Below, in pieces: positions 1 to 7,536 of a stretch of DNA of 31,693 nucleotides. Within the stretch, counting starts at the first letter, position 1. Each line of letters begins with the position of its first letter. Both the position numbers and the translations under genes were made by a program. The stretch lies in the NCBI GenBank assembly GCA_046539705.1, contig JBKHGK010000001.1:1-31693 (forward strand), read 5' to 3'. Below the pieces are notes generated by a model. It did no database searches. It was given only the letters and a program-made list of their open reading frames with translations, and was not told where the DNA came from. This stretch comes from Candidatus Brocadiia bacterium (GTDB taxonomy: Bacteria; Planctomycetota; Brocadiia; SM23-32).

Positions 1-308
1 CCGCCCAATGTGAGCATTTCGTCCGGGTTCTCGGAGAACAGAAGCTGCCTGCGTAACGCCCGCAACTGCTCTCCCCTGGAAAGACCTGATCGAACCTTTT
101 CGAGATCATTCGCAATCCGAATGGTGTCTTTTTCCCCCATCAGCTCCTGCGTATCACTCGCAATTTCCTCCAGCACAGCCTCACGATTCTCTTTCTCGGG
201 CAGCAGATATTGGAGTTTCCAGTCCGCCGGCAGACCCCACCCTATCGACAGAGAGAGCAGCAGTACAGGAGCAGCTATAATGGCGGCCGTGATGATTCTC
301 CGGTTCAC
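1..308 (-). CDS. N-terminal part of a membrane protein, probably a GT-C fold (GT39/ArnT/PMT-like) glycosyltransferase; runs off the window edge
   Basis: Manual translation from GTG at 308, which has a strong SD (GGAGGAGGT): MNRRIITAAIIAAPVLLLSLSIGWGLPADW...RRQLLFSENPDEMLTLG. It has an N-terminal TM helix, WGLP, and a PDE motif typical of the first GT-C loop. It is missing from the ORF track because it is open at the edge. Confidence 0.6.
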   Translation of the reverse strand, partial: MNRRIITAAIIAAPVLLLSLSIGWGLPADWKLQYLLPEKENREAVLEEIASDTQELMGEKDTIRIANDLEKVRSGLSRGEQLRALRRQLLFSENPDEMLTLG

Positions 309-483
309 GGATACCTCCTCCCATCAACCTCCAACCGATAGATGTCCCCCATCCGAGGCCCCGTTCCCGGTGACCCGGATGTTACGGGCAAGTTGAACCG
401 TTTGGCCATAATGGACCGATCGGAGATGTACATATACTCAGTTGTCCCCGTATCTATCAGCGGAAGAATCCCATGTTCAGCCT

Positions 484-669
484 TCATTCCGCCAGGTTTG
501 GTGGTGGAACGCACAGAAAGAGGAAATCCGAACCGTCGACAACCTCCGCCAGTTCCGCCGACTCCTTGTATTTATCATAGATCATTATTTCGTCGGAGAA
601 GGGCGAGAACACGTGTCTGACCGCTTTTCCGACTATACCGTAACCAATTACACCGACTCGCTGGGCCAT
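484..669 (-). pseudogene. Truncated N-terminal (NAD-binding) fragment of a UDP-glucose/GDP-mannose dehydrogenase family protein
   Basis: Strong RBS (AAGGAG) and the sequence MAQRVGVIGYGIVGKAV...IYDKY...SDFLFLCVPPP, i.e. a GxGxxG Rossmann motif plus a CVPTP-like motif. It stops at TGA after 61 aa, and neither alternative frame continues convincingly. Confidence 0.7.
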
Positions 670-770
670 CTTTTCTCCTTCTGTGCTCTCAGGTCAGATT
701 CACAAAATCCTCAGAATGCCGGTAGTGGCGTCCCCCCAATCTCGCCAGCCGTGTCCCATCGCCAATTTAC

Positions 771-1508
771 TTACCGTATACCGGCATGGCGTCTGGCCTT
801 CACTCTGTCCCGGATCGTCAGCAGCGGACCGCTGAGGGCGTAGGCGACAAAAAACGCGAAGAACACGATCTCGTGAACCCAGAACAGGGCCACAAGCCCC
901 ACGGACACGGCGATCACAACGGCCATGGTGGTGGGCATACGGTCCATGATGGTGCTGATGTGAGGGTACTTCAGATCACTGACCATCAGAACCGCAAACA
1001 GGAATACGACCCACGGACCGAGCAGAACGCTGACGCCCAGTCCATGTTCTACGAGCAGACCAAAAATCAGGACCGTACTGGCCACACATCCCCCGGCAGC
1101 GGTGGTCGGCATACCCTCAAAACCCGCGTCGGAATCTTCATCTCCCTTGTTCACGTGATACCGTGCGAGCCGCATAGCGGCGCACAAGGCCATCGAGATG
1201 GCCGCAATCGTTGCGAGCAGCTGCTGGGACTCCGGCACGCTGGCCAGAACCAGAAGACCGGGGGCAACCCCAAAGGAGACCAGATCGGCCAGTGAATCCA
1301 GCTGTCCCCCGAAATCGCTGCATGCATCGAACGCCCGGGCCAGGGCGCCGTCGAACGAATCACAGAGCATAGCCGCCAGCACCATCAACGCTCCAAACTC
1401 CGGCGTGCCGTACACGGCCAGAACGATGGCAGTTACGCCGGCGGAAAGATTTGCCAGGGTAGCAATTGTGGGTACAAAACATAAAAACTTTTTCATTGTT
1501 CTTTTCAC
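771..1508 (-). CDS. pssA: CDP-alcohol phosphatidyltransferase, PssA-like (CDP-diacylglycerol--serine O-phosphatidyltransferase)
   Basis: CDP-alcohol signature DSFDGALAR...FGGQLDSLADLVSFGVAP; TLANL; RLARY; GFEGMPTTAA; hydrophobic. Confidence 0.85.
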   Translation of the reverse strand: MKRTMKKFLCFVPTIATLANLSAGVTAIVLAVYGTPEFGALMVLAAMLCDSFDGALARAFDACSDFGGQLDSLADLVSFGVAPGLLVLASVPESQQLLATIAAISMALCAAMRLARYHVNKGDEDSDAGFEGMPTTAAGGCVASTVLIFGLLVEHGLGVSVLLGPWVVFLFAVLMVSDLKYPHISTIMDRMPTTMAVVIAVSVGLVALFWVHEIVFFAFFVAYALSGPLLTIRDRVKARRHAGIR

Positions 1509-1544
1509 TCCCGATACTCCTATATATTGCAGCTGCGGTCCCGC

Positions 1545-1574
1545 ATTATAAACGATGATACAATCGCATTACAA
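1545..1574 (-). promoter_or_regulatory. Putative sigma70 promoter for pssA
   Basis: Minus strand TTGTAA (1574-1569), 18 bp spacer, TATAAT (1550-1545). Confidence 0.6.
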
Positions 1575-1583
1575 CGCACGACA

Positions 1584-1612
1584 TTGAATCAATCGGGCGC
1601 AGACACTAACCT
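1584..1612 (+). promoter_or_regulatory. Putative sigma70 promoter for the DUF362-ALDH-MttB operon, back-to-back with the pssA promoter
   Basis: TTGAAT (1584-1589), 17 bp spacer, TAACCT (1607-1612). Confidence 0.45.
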
Positions 1613-1659
1613 GTTTTCGGGCGTTGAGTCAGATCCATTTGTCGACGGTACATACAATT

Positions 1660-2919
1660 ATGGAAGATCAGCAAAAGAGAGCAGACATCAAAGAGCCCTC
1701 CGATTCGCTGAAAATACCCGAGTTCATGAGGGATCCCGAGGCGGCGGGTCCGGTGATTCACCTACAACCAGGCGACGCGAACCTGTCGGCTCCGGATGAA
1801 CACACCTCCGAAGTGAACGCCGCTCTTCGGCGGGCCCTCTCCGAGTGCCAGCCCGGGCCAACCGGTTCTCAGGCCCTTATAAAGGTCCATATCGGTGAAC
1901 GAAAATGCGAGACGCGTATGAAGCCGGATTACGCCCGGGGAGCGAGCGAATTCCTGCAGGAGCATGGGAGCCAGTCCGTGGTGGCGGGCGATACCACCGT
2001 GGCCTACACCGGCCCGAGAGGACATGAGGAGAATCCGGAGGATGATTCATCCGCCTACCTCCAGCTGGCCGCCGAACACGGCTGGACGGCGGATGGCCCC
2101 GCGGGGATTCCCTTTGTGGTACTGGATCGGCCCGAAACCTGCCGGGATAGGGGCTTTGCATTCGAACAACCATATCAGCGCACCCTTGTGGACAACACCG
2201 GGCTATTCGATGATTTCCACCCGGCCGGTGGCTTCCTTGCGGCCGACTCGGTGGTGAACTTCGCCCACCTCACCCTTCACGGGCTCGCGGGTGTGGCCGG
2301 ATGCATGAAAAGTATTGCCATGGGCTGCGCCGCCCTTCCCGGCAAACTCCGCATGCATCAGTCGCTGCTGCCGGAATTTGACCCCGCTCGCTGTGAAAGA
2401 TGCGGGCTCTGCGTCGCACACTGCCCCGTTGAGGCCCTGACCCTGCCGGACGAGGCGGACGTACCTCGGGTCAACCCGGATCTGTGTATAGGCTGTGGGG
2501 AATGTGAGGCGGTCTGTGCTCCACGCAATGCCGCCGTAACGTTGGAGGGAAAAGAGATTGAGGACTGGACCCGCGGACAGAACACGCTGCCGGTGCGAAT
2601 GTCCGACTACGTCATCGGCCTTATGAACGGACGATGGGACGACGTGGTGCATGTGCTGCACATGTATTCCATCACCGAACGTTGCGACTGCCTGAACACG
2701 CAACAGGAGCCGATGATAACGAAAGATCCCGGTTTTCTGATTGGCCGCAACCCCTTCGCCGTTGATCGTACAGGAGCAGCAATACTGCGGAAGGAACTGG
2801 AGCGGGAAGGGTATGACCCCGGGGAGGAGCTTCTGGAAACCGCCGACCGTGCGGCGGAACACGTCCGGAATACCTACGGTATAGTTTCGGACCTCCCGGT
2901 GAAGGAAATATCGCTGTGA
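1660..2919 (+). CDS. DUF362-family protein with a 2x[4Fe-4S] ferredoxin domain
   Basis: KVHIGE; GDTTVAY; HLTLHGLAG...MKSIAMGCAA; CERCGLCVAHCP and CIGCGECEAVC; C-terminal RCDC. The start is uncertain (TTG 1624, ATG 1660 or a later ATG). Confidence 0.8.
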   Translation: MEDQQKRADIKEPSDSLKIPEFMRDPEAAGPVIHLQPGDANLSAPDEHTSEVNAALRRALSECQPGPTGSQALIKVHIGERKCETRMKPDYARGASEFLQEHGSQSVVAGDTTVAYTGPRGHEENPEDDSSAYLQLAAEHGWTADGPAGIPFVVLDRPETCRDRGFAFEQPYQRTLVDNTGLFDDFHPAGGFLAADSVVNFAHLTLHGLAGVAGCMKSIAMGCAALPGKLRMHQSLLPEFDPARCERCGLCVAHCPVEALTLPDEADVPRVNPDLCIGCGECEAVCAPRNAAVTLEGKEIEDWTRGQNTLPVRMSDYVIGLMNGRWDDVVHVLHMYSITERCDCLNTQQEPMITKDPGFLIGRNPFAVDRTGAAILRKELEREGYDPGEELLETADRAAEHVRNTYGIVSDLPVKEISL

Positions 2920-3073
2920 TGTGTACGGCCGGGTTGCCACAGACACCCGGCAGCCCCCGCCACAACTCGGGCGATTGGCGTGATGTGAACGGAGTTGAGA
3001 AGTCAGCGAGCAGAACACAGGGAACGGATACCGATTCTCTTCTACTTCTGGAACCCCGAAGGAGGAACAGGTA

Positions 3074-4528
3074 ATGGTTGAAGAGCACAAAAATTACATC
3101 GACGGTCAATGGGTCGAATCGGAAAGCGGACGCACTTTTGAGGTGCACAATCCCGCTCGCCTGTCGGAGGTCACCGGAAGATTTCCGCTTTCTTCAGAAC
3201 AGGACGTGGACCGGGCCATCCGGGCGGCCAAAAAGGGGTTCAGCACGTGGACGGAATTCTCCCCTCAGAAGCGCGCGGGGATCCTCAAAGATGCCCGGCA
3301 GCTGATGAAGGAACGCCGGGAGGAGATCGCCCAGATTCTCACCCGGGAAAACGGCAAGACGCTGGAGGAGGCGCGGGGCGAAATAGATTACGCTCTCTCC
3401 GATATGGAGTTCCAGATCGCGGAAGGGATGCGCATGGCGGGGGAGACCATGCCCGTCACGATGTCCGGGGTCAATGCCTACAGCATACGCGTGGCTGTGG
3501 GGATAGTGGGCGTTATCACTCCCTGGAACTTCCCGTTCAACGTGCCCACCGCCAAATGCGTTCCGGCTCTTGCGAGCGGTTGTGCGGTTATCTTCAAACC
3601 CGCCAGCCAGACCTCCCACACCGGCATCAAACTCGTTGAGCTTTTCGAGGATGCCGGGGTGCCGGAGGGAGTGATCAATTGCGTCCTGGGCAGCGGCAGG
3701 GAGGTCGGCAACGCCATCGCCTCCGATCCACGGATGGACGCCATCACCTTCACCGGTTCAACGGAGGTAGGCCGGACAATAAACGCGTTGGCCGCAGAAA
3801 ACCTCGTGCGAACGCAACTCGAGATGGGCGGGAAAAACGGTGTCATAGTGCTGAAAGACGCCGACATAGAGGCCGCCGTATCTGACACCATCAGCGCGGC
3901 ATTTGGCACCTCCGGCCAGAAATGCACGGCCACAAGCCGGGCTATAGTCGTAGACGAGATCGCGGATGAATTTGTGGAGAAACTGCTTGAGGGGGTCCAC
4001 AGCATCCGCGTTGGGGAGGGTACCGAGGAGAACGTGGACATAGGCCCCGTTACGGGTAAGGACCAGCTTGAAAAAATCCTGAGCTACATCGAACTGGGAC
4101 AGGAGGAAGGTGCCAGGCTGCTTACTGGAGGCCAGCGCCTCACCGGGCCCGACTACGATGATGGGTGTTTTGTCGCCCCCACCGTCTTTGATGAGGTCAC
4201 CCCCGAGATGCGGATCGCCCGGGAGGAAATCTTCGGACCCGTTCTCTCGATCGAACGGGTCAGGGACTTTGAGCAGGCCCTTGGGGTCCATAACGACACC
4301 CCGTATGGACTCTCCGGCTCACTCTATACCCGCAATCTCGAGCAGGCCCAGAAATTCGTTCAGCGGGCCGATGTTGGTGTCACCCATGTCAACCTGATGA
4401 CCGCCCTGAATGAACCGCAACTGTCCTTCGGGGGGATGAAGGATTCCGGCTACGGCATCCCGGAGGCCGGACGAACGGGTATGGATTTCTACACCGAACA
4501 GAAAGTCGCCTACGTGAAATACAAATGA
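3074..4528 (+). CDS. NAD(P)-dependent aldehyde dehydrogenase; overall resembles the alpha-ketoglutaric semialdehyde dehydrogenase-like group
   Basis: TPWNFP, KPAS, FTGSTEVG, LEMGGKN, catalytic GQKCTA, EEIFGPV, FGGMKDSG; RBS GGAGG. Confidence 0.92.
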   Translation: MVEEHKNYIDGQWVESESGRTFEVHNPARLSEVTGRFPLSSEQDVDRAIRAAKKGFSTWTEFSPQKRAGILKDARQLMKERREEIAQILTRENGKTLEEARGEIDYALSDMEFQIAEGMRMAGETMPVTMSGVNAYSIRVAVGIVGVITPWNFPFNVPTAKCVPALASGCAVIFKPASQTSHTGIKLVELFEDAGVPEGVINCVLGSGREVGNAIASDPRMDAITFTGSTEVGRTINALAAENLVRTQLEMGGKNGVIVLKDADIEAAVSDTISAAFGTSGQKCTATSRAIVVDEIADEFVEKLLEGVHSIRVGEGTEENVDIGPVTGKDQLEKILSYIELGQEEGARLLTGGQRLTGPDYDDGCFVAPTVFDEVTPEMRIAREEIFGPVLSIERVRDFEQALGVHNDTPYGLSGSLYTRNLEQAQKFVQRADVGVTHVNLMTALNEPQLSFGGMKDSGYGIPEAGRTGMDFYTEQKVAYVKYK

Positions 4529-4540
4529 GCGGGAGTAATC

Positions 4541-6022
4541 ATGGGCAATAACAATGAACGGGGCCCGAGACATCTGCCCCCATCGGGAGGAAGTTACCGG
4601 CCACTGTCATCGGATCAGATCGGGCGAATCCATGAGACGGCGCTCCGGGTGCTGGAGGAAGTCGGCGTTCGGGTGGAATCCCCACGGATAAGGGCCATTT
4701 ACACGGACAACGGGTGTTCGGTGGATTCTTCCGGGGATCGCGTTTTGCTGCCGCCCGAGGTGGTCGAACACGCACTTGCCGACGCCCCCGACGTCGTCAC
4801 TCTGTGGTCCAGAGATGGTTCGGAGATAGAGCTCTCGGGCAACCGTATCCACTTCGGCACCGGGGGCGCCGCCACTCAGGTGCTGGATATAGAGACCGGA
4901 GAAAAGCGGCCGTCACGGGCCCGGGATAACTATGAACTGGCACTGCTGGCCGATCAGCTCCCGGAGATCGATTTTTTCGTGCGGCCCGCTTCGGCCCGTG
5001 ATATATCCGACCGTGAGATGGCGGTCAACGAGTTCTACGCCTCGATGTCCGGCACCCGGAAACACGTGATGGGCGCACCGTACAACCCGGCCGGAGTCCG
5101 GAAAGTAACCGAACTTGGCGAGGTGCTTGCGGGCGGACACCGGGAGCTCAGCGAACGCCCCTTCCTGTCTTTCATTCTGACGATCGTCCGCAGCCCATTG
5201 CACCTGGACAGGATGGGAGGTCACACCCTCGTCCGGGCCGTCAGACAGGGCGTGCCCATCACGATTTCCTGCCCCCCCATGATGGGATTTTCGGCACCTC
5301 TCACGCTTGCCGGCACACTTACGCAGCTGCACGCAGAAGAGATGGCCGGTCTCTCGCTGGCCCAGATGATACGCCCCGGCGCCCCCGTTATTTACGGCGG
5401 AGTTCCCTCGGTCACTGAAATGCACAGAGTGCGTTACCTTGCCGGTGCCGTTGAGTTTGGTATGATGAACGCCGCCGTGCCGCAGCTTTCCCGATACATC
5501 GGGATCCCCAATTACAACTCCGCCGGGGCCACCGAAGCAAAGCAACCGGATATCCAGGCCGTCTATGAGAAGAGTTTTTCTCTTCTCCAGTGTGCACTCT
5601 CCGGCTCAAACTGCATCCATCACGCCGCGGGCATGCTTGAGTCGCTGCTCACCGTAAGCGCCGAACAGATCATAATCGATCACGAGCTGATCCAGATGGC
5701 CCGGCAAGCCGTCGAAGGTATCAAGGTCAGCGAGGAAACTCTGGCCTTTGAGGCCATCCGCCAGGGAGTGAAAGAAGGCAACTTCCTGTCCCTTGAACAT
5801 ACGATTGATCATCTGCGCGATGAGATTGCCGAACCGCTTCTTGCCGAAAGGAGCGGGAAGGACCACAAACGGCAAATAAGTGTCGACCGGGTCCGGGAAA
5901 AGGCAAAGGACCGGGCGAAGAAACTTCTGGCAAAGGCCGCACAGGAGGACTCGGAACCGGTGATCCCGCCGGAGAAAAATGCCGAGATCCGTGAACGTTT
6001 CAGTATTCAGTTTGACCGTTGA
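4541..6022 (+). CDS. Trimethylamine methyltransferase (MttB) superfamily protein, non-pyrrolysine
   Basis: IHETALRVLEEVGV; FGTGGA; SPLHLD; APLTLAGTL.Q..AE; PGAPVIYG; GAVEFG; KQPDIQA.YEK; HHAAGMLESLLT.S.EQ. Continuous 493 aa ORF with no internal TAG. Confidence 0.9.
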   Translation: MGNNNERGPRHLPPSGGSYRPLSSDQIGRIHETALRVLEEVGVRVESPRIRAIYTDNGCSVDSSGDRVLLPPEVVEHALADAPDVVTLWSRDGSEIELSGNRIHFGTGGAATQVLDIETGEKRPSRARDNYELALLADQLPEIDFFVRPASARDISDREMAVNEFYASMSGTRKHVMGAPYNPAGVRKVTELGEVLAGGHRELSERPFLSFILTIVRSPLHLDRMGGHTLVRAVRQGVPITISCPPMMGFSAPLTLAGTLTQLHAEEMAGLSLAQMIRPGAPVIYGGVPSVTEMHRVRYLAGAVEFGMMNAAVPQLSRYIGIPNYNSAGATEAKQPDIQAVYEKSFSLLQCALSGSNCIHHAAGMLESLLTVSAEQIIIDHELIQMARQAVEGIKVSEETLAFEAIRQGVKEGNFLSLEHTIDHLRDEIAEPLLAERSGKDHKRQISVDRVREKAKDRAKKLLAKAAQEDSEPVIPPEKNAEIRERFSIQFDR

Positions 6023-6035
6023 AAGGATATAGCCG

Positions 6036-7103
6036 ATGAAATGGAAGGAAAACTGGAGAGCGGTAAAAGGTCACTTTACGGACTGGTGGAATCAGGAAGG
6101 TCTGGTGATCGCCATACCCGCTCCCCTCTCCGAACCACGAGAGGGCATTAAGCCCCCACCGGAAACCGACGACCTCGAGACCGCATGGCTTGACCCAGAA
6201 TACCGGCTCCAGCGCGGCCTTCATGCCATGGCAAGCACCTACTGGGGCGCCGATGCGTTCCCCTCCTTTAACACCATGATCGGGCCCGGCTCGCTTGGTT
6301 CGCTCCTGGGAGCCGAACCTGTGCTCGAACCCTCGACGGTATGGTACAAACCCTGCATCGACGACCCGGACAGTTACGGCACAATCGAGCTTCAGGTGGA
6401 GAATAATCGATGGCTCGATATTCACATGGCCATCGTGGAGATCGCACTGGAGAACGCCCGGGGACGGTTTCTGGTTGGCATGCCCGATCTGATCGAGAAT
6501 ATCGATACTCTGGCCGCCTTGCGGGGCAGTGAAACCCTCCTGATGGATCTGATTGAACGGCCGGATTGGGTCACAGAAAAACTGACGGAAATAAACCGGG
6601 CCTTCTTCGAGGCGTTCGACCTTTTCTACGACCAGATAAAGGACGAAGAGGGGGGGAATGTATTCCAGGCGTTCGGGCTGTGGGGGCCCGGAAAGACCGC
6701 CAAGGTGCAGTGCGATTTCTCCTGCATGATATCGGAAACGATGTTCAACAAATTCGTCGTTCCCTCCCTGACCGAACAATGCGAATGGCTGGATTACGCG
6801 ATGTATCACCTCGACGGCACCACGGCATTGCAACATCTGGACGCGCTTCTGGAGATAGAACCTCTGGATGCGATCGAATGGACCCCACAGGCCGGCGTGG
6901 AGGGCGGAGGAGATCCCCGGTGGTATGAAATGTACCGCAGGATCAAAGATGCCGGGAAAAGCGTCCAGCCCGTAGGGGTGAACCCGGACCAAATCCGCCC
7001 CCTGCTTGACGAAGTGGGACCCAACGGGCTGTACATCAGCACTCATGCCGATACGCCCGACGACGCAAAGAGGATCGCTGAAATGGCCGATCAATACCGA
7101 TAG
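6036..7103 (+). CDS. Uroporphyrinogen decarboxylase (URO-D)-like TIM-barrel protein of unknown function, candidate methyltransferase
   Basis: MKWKENW...F.DWW; GPGSLGSLLGAEP...TVWY; DTLAALRGSETLLMDL; QCDFSCMIS..MF.KFV.P; YHLDG; IEWTPQAG. I recognise this as the URO-D-like family often mis-annotated as trimethylamine corrinoid protein 2. Confidence 0.7.
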   Translation: MKWKENWRAVKGHFTDWWNQEGLVIAIPAPLSEPREGIKPPPETDDLETAWLDPEYRLQRGLHAMASTYWGADAFPSFNTMIGPGSLGSLLGAEPVLEPSTVWYKPCIDDPDSYGTIELQVENNRWLDIHMAIVEIALENARGRFLVGMPDLIENIDTLAALRGSETLLMDLIERPDWVTEKLTEINRAFFEAFDLFYDQIKDEEGGNVFQAFGLWGPGKTAKVQCDFSCMISETMFNKFVVPSLTEQCEWLDYAMYHLDGTTALQHLDALLEIEPLDAIEWTPQAGVEGGGDPRWYEMYRRIKDAGKSVQPVGVNPDQIRPLLDEVGPNGLYISTHADTPDDAKRIAEMADQYR

Positions 7104-7269
7104 GTGGACGCTGTAAAGCGGATTCCGGTATAGCGCCCCGGCAACTAACCCGCATATTTCATGAATTCCGAAGTGATATTACTATAAACCAGTTCTGCAC
7201 TGTACCTTACTACGCTTGTTACCATGATGATTTGCACACACCCTGTACTGAGTGCTTTTTCAAATAAAC

Positions 7270-7450
7270 GGCAGGAATTCACCCTGTCGGGAGCACCCTC
7301 AGCCGCCAGTTGGCGGTTTCATTGGGGAGAGACTGTCAGACCGTTCGGACGGCTACAGTGAACCAGTCCCGGTCTTCCCTATGACGAAAGAGGCTTCTGC
7401 CTCTATGCTTTGGCAGGCTGCAGTTGGGGTACCCCGCGGCCGCGGGACCG
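7270..7450. ncRNA. Candidate structured RNA, family unassigned
   Basis: Lies in a 433-bp gap between convergent genes. Nested stems: 7319-7330/7373-7384, 7331-7335/7364-7368 and 7341-7344/7349-7352. Side hairpins at 7303-7316 and 7390-7403, and palindromes at 7426-7435 and 7433-7446. Confidence 0.3.
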
Positions 7451-7536
7451 AGCCGTCAGCCCGTATATTGGATCGGTAATAACTCTCTTGCTGTCAGGCA
7501 ACAATTATTTTCCCCCGTGGCGCCCCCCAGAGGTGT

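Noticed and set aside
305-514. 69-aa ORF whose stop overlaps the GT-C start (GTGA) and begins RSTTKPG, resembling the Ugd KSTVPPG motif
   Set aside because: The motif uses the same bases as CVPPP in the other frame, and the rest has no Ugd similarity and no RBS. It is probably non-coding.
2917-2951. TGA followed by a hairpin (CCGGGT/ACCCGG) after the DUF362 gene as a possible SECIS
   Set aside because: The protein is already complete, and read-through adds only about 22 uninformative residues.
7105-7150. Minus-strand GGGGCGCTATACCGGAATCCGCTTTACAGCG resembles the Bacillus SRP Alu domain
   Set aside because: The second Alu helix does not pair, no S-domain (CAGG-GNRA-AGCA) follows, and it would run into a coding gene.
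7270-7390. Fragments resembling SAM-I (GGACTGG, ATGAAACC, AATTCCTGC) or cobalamin (AGGGAA, ACTGTA) riboswitches on the minus strand
   Set aside because: Spacing and order are wrong, P1 or P4 cannot form, and there is no downstream gene in that orientation.
7104-7536. Possible tmRNA (GGGGGCGC... to ...GCGTCCACC on the minus strand)
   Set aside because: No T-arm (GGTTCGA/TCC), no GAC after the D-loop, and no ALAA-type tag.
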